From Anaerolineae bacterium (GTDB lineage Bacteria; Chloroflexota; Anaerolineae; Fen-1058): a stretch of DNA of 64,000 bases. The notes under the pieces were generated by a model. That model had not been told where the DNA came from. It did no database searches and saw only the letters and a program-made list of their open reading frames with translations. Positions 60,021 through 64,000 of the stretch are shown here, in pieces (within the stretch, counting starts at the first letter, position 1; every line of letters begins with the position of its first letter). A program made the translations under genes and the position numbers. The DNA lies in the NCBI GenBank assembly GCA_035283185.1, contig DATEUJ010000022.1:278-64277 (forward strand), written 5' to 3'.

Positions 60021-62732
60021 TTAGAGCAAGCCCAGCTCGCGGGCGCGCGCCACGGCTTCGGTGCGGCTTTTTGCTTGCAGTTTGGCAAAGATGCGCAGGT
60101 TATGTCCCTTGACCGTGCTCAACGCAACGGAAAGTTTCTGGGTGATCTCCTGGTTGGAAAGTCCCTGTGCAATGAGGCGCAGCACTTCGAGTTCGCGTTC
60201 GCTCAACGGCTCGATCAAAGGATGAGGAATGAGGGATGGAGGATGAATATGTTGAGGCTGTGTGAAGACCGTCAAAATCTTTTCGGCATATTTTTTAAGA
60301 TACCCATTGTCGAGATTGGATAGCAATTCCGTCATTGGCTTGCCTTCTGCGGCAAAGATACGAAGGTATCCTTCAGGCTCGGCAATCGTCAGGGCTTGCT
60401 CCAGTGACTTGAGTGCTTTAGCAGCCTCTCCCTTTGCATGGAAGGCAAGCGCCTGCACAATGAGAATTTCAATTCGACTGCGGAGACGGTTTTGTTTCTC
60501 CGCCAACTTCAACTGACGTTCCAACAGTCCAAGCGTATCAAGCCAAAGCTGTTCATTGGGATCGTTTTGATATTCAGCAAGCGCAACCCTTGCCAACGTG
60601 AGGCGCTCAAATTCATGCAGATAATCGGGGGCATCATGCAGAGAAAGCCCGCTCTTGTGTGCCCATTCTTGCGCCTTCAACAGCTTCCCTTGCTTGAGAT
60701 AAATGCGCGCCTTCATGGCATCCACAGGGCGCAGATCGGGAGTGGGGGTGCGGACGTACAAGCGTTGCGCTTCATCCAGCAGCTCGAGCGCGTTGTCCAA
60801 GTCGCCCTCGGATTCTTTCAAGTGCGCTTGAGCCAAACTCTTGCGGTATGCCCAGTCCACGATCGTGGCTTGTCTGCCGAGGGCAAAACCTTTTTGCAAA
60901 TGCCGCGCAGCGCGTTCATCCTCCCCCATTTCGTGGTACAGCATCCCCAACCCCAGGTGATGATGCGCTGTGTGTTGTGCCGCATTGTGAGCGTCGGCAA
61001 GGTCAAGCGCCTGTTGATAGGCTTGCAGTACATCACGCAACCGTCCTTGTGCGCTCAGAATATCCGCTTTCCCAAAAGCGCCGGCAATGGCAAAGAAAAG
61101 TTTTCCCGCTTGTTCTGAGGCTTCAATGAAATCGCTAATCAACTTGCAGGCGTTATCCAGGTTGCCATTTGCCCAATGCGTGCCCATCAAGAGTGTAGAG
61201 ACCTGCGCATACATAAAATCGTCTTCAATGGGCGTCAGGTCAAGCGCCATTTCGGCATACTTGACCGCATCGGAAAAACGATGCTGGCTTTGAGCGTTGT
61301 AGGCGCGCGCAAAGGCGAGCCGTGCGGGAAGGGTTTGAAACTGCCCTTTTTCCACCACGATCATTTCACTTGATGGGAGGCTGAGGCATTGCTCTGCATC
61401 CCGCAAACTGGACTCGCTGGCATTCACATTGCCGGTGTCCATGTATGCCAAGCCAATCTGAGTACACAGGACAGGGCGGACGCGGATCACGCTTGACGGC
61501 AGCTGGTTCACCCACCCAAGCCAGGTGCCCATCTGAAAACTCTCATTCATAGCCTGCCAGGCCGACTCTGCCAACCGCGCGGCGCGGTCAACATCGGCGG
61601 CAGCGAGGGCATGACGGAATGCTTCAGCAATATCTCCATTCGCTTCCAGCCACTCACTGGCATGGATGTGAACTCGCGCAATTTCCTCGGGTGATACCTT
61701 GTGCATTAACCGCTGGCGGAGCAGGTCACGGAAAAGATGATGGTAGCGATACCACCTGCGCTCATGATCGAGCGGAATGACGAACAGGTTGGCACGCTCC
61801 AGTTGTTCCAACGTTTCCTGCCCGGAAGCAGACGCATCGAGCAGAACAGCATCACAAAGGGGGCCGCACAAGCGGTCAAGGATTGACGTGCGCCGCAAGA
61901 AATTCTGAATGCTTTCGGGTTGCTTTTGTAGTACTTCTTCGAGCAGATAGTCCAGCACAAAATGATGACTGCCAGTGAAAGACTGGATGAAACCGGCTGT
62001 ATCTTGAAGTCCTTGCATTGAGAGCGCGGCTAACTGCAGTCCAGCGATCCAACCTTCAGTGCGGGTCTCCAGTGCGGCGCTGTCTTCCGCTGAGAGGTTG
62101 AGGCCCATCACCTGGTTGAGAAACTCGGCAGCTTCGGCGGGGGTGAAACGCAAGTCGGCGGCGCGCAGCTCAATCAATTGACCCCGGGCGCGATACCGGG
62201 CCAGGGGTAGCTGTGGATCCTCACGGGTGGCGATGACCAGGTGCATCTGCGGCGGCAGATGCTCGAGTAGAAAGGTGAGAGCAGTGTCAACCGGTTTGGC
62301 ATCAATCACGTGGTAGTCGTCGAGGACGAGGACGAAATTGTCCGGGACGGTGGTGATTTCATTGAGCAGGGCCGTCAGAATCGATTCGATTGGTGGCGGC
62401 TGAGGGGCTTGTAGCACACGCAGCACGCCTTCTCCAATATTCGCGGCAATGGTCTGTAAGGCAGCGACGAGGTAAGCCAGAAAGCGTGTAGGATCGTTAT
62501 CCCCTTCGTCCAGCGAAACCCAGGCGGCCGGTCGCTCGCAACTGGTAATCCATTCACTGACCAGCGTGGTCTTCCCAAAACCAGCAGGCGCAGAGACGAG
62601 GGTAAGTTTGCGTCCAAAACCCTGGTTTTGGCGCAGACCCTCGTTCAGCCGCTCGATCAGGCGGGGGCGGAGGACAACTTTCGGCCGAGGTGGGGGGATG
62701 TATAGTTTAGTAGCTAAAACTGGCGTAGACAC
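60021..62732 (-). CDS. MalT-like LuxR-family regulator, second copy
   Basis: VSAPAGFGKTTLV, VLVLDDYH. C-terminus LSERELEVLRLIAQGLSNQEITQKLSVALSTVKGHNLRIFAKL. The N-terminal approx 340 aa are nearly identical to 54596..57376. Confidence 0.85.
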   Translation of the reverse strand: MSTPVLATKLYIPPPRPKVVLRPRLIERLNEGLRQNQGFGRKLTLVSAPAGFGKTTLVSEWITSCERPAAWVSLDEGDNDPTRFLAYLVAALQTIAANIGEGVLRVLQAPQPPPIESILTALLNEITTVPDNFVLVLDDYHVIDAKPVDTALTFLLEHLPPQMHLVIATREDPQLPLARYRARGQLIELRAADLRFTPAEAAEFLNQVMGLNLSAEDSAALETRTEGWIAGLQLAALSMQGLQDTAGFIQSFTGSHHFVLDYLLEEVLQKQPESIQNFLRRTSILDRLCGPLCDAVLLDASASGQETLEQLERANLFVIPLDHERRWYRYHHLFRDLLRQRLMHKVSPEEIARVHIHASEWLEANGDIAEAFRHALAAADVDRAARLAESAWQAMNESFQMGTWLGWVNQLPSSVIRVRPVLCTQIGLAYMDTGNVNASESSLRDAEQCLSLPSSEMIVVEKGQFQTLPARLAFARAYNAQSQHRFSDAVKYAEMALDLTPIEDDFMYAQVSTLLMGTHWANGNLDNACKLISDFIEASEQAGKLFFAIAGAFGKADILSAQGRLRDVLQAYQQALDLADAHNAAQHTAHHHLGLGMLYHEMGEDERAARHLQKGFALGRQATIVDWAYRKSLAQAHLKESEGDLDNALELLDEAQRLYVRTPTPDLRPVDAMKARIYLKQGKLLKAQEWAHKSGLSLHDAPDYLHEFERLTLARVALAEYQNDPNEQLWLDTLGLLERQLKLAEKQNRLRSRIEILIVQALAFHAKGEAAKALKSLEQALTIAEPEGYLRIFAAEGKPMTELLSNLDNGYLKKYAEKILTVFTQPQHIHPPSLIPHPLIEPLSERELEVLRLIAQGLSNQEITQKLSVALSTVKGHNLRIFAKLQAKSRTEAVARARELGLL

Positions 62733-62956
62733 TGATCAATAATGAGCCACGCACCCAAAATTCAGAAAGCGGCAAAACCTAATGGCACGCGCACCAGCCG
62801 ATCACTGACTATTCCGAATTTGAAGCGATCGGTGTCAGGCGACGGCTCACGCATCAGTGAGCACATAGGCAAAATTGTAGCCCCGCGCGGGCGTCAGGTC
62901 AAACCGTGAATGAACTTGACCGTTGCCCCCAAAGCAAGGTTCCAACCGGGATGATG

Positions 62957-63823
62957 CTACCGGGCGTACAGCCGCTCCGCCGTCCCGCGCAGAATCTGCA
63001 GCTTGGCCTCCTCCGAAATCGGCAGGGCGTAGAAATCCTCGATATTGCGAAGCGGGTCTTTGACGTCCGGGCCGGGCCAGTCGGAGCCGAACATCGCCTG
63101 GCTCGCCACACGCTCGATCCACGGGAAGTAGTGCAGGAGGTTCTTCGGGGGAATGCTCGAGATGTCGAGGTAGACCTTCCGCGATCGGCGCAGCAGGAAC
63201 TGCGCCGTGTTCATCCACAGCGGCCTCCCACCGTGCGCGACGATCAATTTCAAATCGGGGAAATCGACGATCACGTCGTCGAGGTCCATCGGGTCGCCAT
63301 ACTTGTTTCGCGCGCGGGGAAAGACCGACGTGCCGGTGTGCACCATCATCGGCACGTCGTACTCGACGCACTTCTCGTACACCGTCGCCAGGCCGCGCAA
63401 CTCAGGGTCATGCAGGTAGGCGTTCGCGTGGAAGAGTTGGTGCGGCGGATGAATCTTGATGCCGCGAATGCCCAGACTGCCCAGCAGCCGATCCATCTCG
63501 GCGGCGACGTCCTTCACGCGGCGCGGATCGATCCCGCCGAACGGGATGAGCCGTTCCGGATGGGCGCGGGCCATGCTGGCGGAGAAGGTGTTTGCTTCTT
63601 CGGTGAGTCCGATGACCTCGGGGCTGAGGTAGTTGATCATCGCCAGTTTCTCGATGCCCCGCTCGTCCATGAAGGCGGTCAGCCGGTGCGGATCGCGCGT
63701 GATAGCCTTGATGGTTTCAAAGTCCTGCCGGCCGGCGGCCATGCGCGCCGCGGCGTCCGGGCGCACCTGCTCCCAGGGGATGATGTGCACGTGAGCGTCG
63801 ATGACGGGATAAGGAGGGCGCAT
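62957..63823 (-). CDS. Amidohydrolase-2 family metal-dependent hydrolase
   Basis: MRPPYPVIDAHVHIIPWEQ...GIKIHPPHQ...MVHTG...LIVAHGGRP...FGSDWP. Confidence 0.75.
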   Translation of the reverse strand: MRPPYPVIDAHVHIIPWEQVRPDAAARMAAGRQDFETIKAITRDPHRLTAFMDERGIEKLAMINYLSPEVIGLTEEANTFSASMARAHPERLIPFGGIDPRRVKDVAAEMDRLLGSLGIRGIKIHPPHQLFHANAYLHDPELRGLATVYEKCVEYDVPMMVHTGTSVFPRARNKYGDPMDLDDVIVDFPDLKLIVAHGGRPLWMNTAQFLLRRSRKVYLDISSIPPKNLLHYFPWIERVASQAMFGSDWPGPDVKDPLRNIEDFYALPISEEAKLQILRGTAERLYAR

Positions 63824-64000
63824 CAGAGCCTTTCTTTGTAACTGCTCAGCCTACCCAGCTGTCCGGACTCGAGGCTTTAGCCGGAGATGTGGCGGATAAT
63901 CGAACCGGCTTGTATATTGAGACTGCACCTTAACATCTCGAATAGCGTTCCCCAAGACCGACAGGTAGGGTACACTCAGCCCTGGAAGGGATGGAGACGG

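Overview
High-GC bacterial chromosome segment. Gene content (Uma2 endonuclease, four-helix-bundle protein, MalT-type LuxR regulators, multihaem cytochromes, DUF362, DUF488) and repeat style suggest a Chloroflexota-like organism, by inference only. All calls come from reading the sequence and ORF translations; no searches were run, and family names are from memory of conserved motifs.

Layout:
(1) 1-10.8 kb, minus strand: a defence-type gene set of DUF499-like ATPase, ASCH/DUF3780-like protein, DUF1156-type DNA methylase and PLD-SNF2 helicase. A REP-associated tyrosine transposase (RAYT), GTAG-headed REP/REPIN palindromes and an opposite-strand small gene interrupt it.
(2) 10.8-19.3 kb: an accessory islet ending at tRNA-Val(GAC). 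It holds an HsdR N-terminal remnant, three toxin-antitoxin-like pairs, a Fic protein and a truncated HTH remnant.
(3) 19.4-27.7 kb: housekeeping and miscellaneous genes (M50 protease, holB, four-helix-bundle gene, M23 peptidase, VIT1, Usp, and a DUF488-DUF488-unknown trio).
(4) 27.9-37.6 kb, plus strand: a respiratory cluster of ArsR, trihaem cytochrome, split YeeE/YedE, PhsABC-like molybdoenzyme, and a Rieske/cytochrome b complex with an 8-9-haem cytochrome c.
(5) 37.7-50.3 kb: envelope genes, a monocistronic gene with about 8.5 copies of a 60-bp tandem repeat behind an NHLP-like leader domain, and a GH25-SH3-YegP lysozyme.
(6) 50.3-62.9 kb: a visibly more AT-rich block with two paralogous MalT-LuxR modules. 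It is bounded by an amidohydrolase gene and a 51-nt remnant of that gene's 3' end.

Across the window many gene junctions carry hairpins whose arms are tandem heptamer repeats. The same heptamer words also occur translated in frame inside four genes. No rRNA, CRISPR array or intact IS or prophage was seen.
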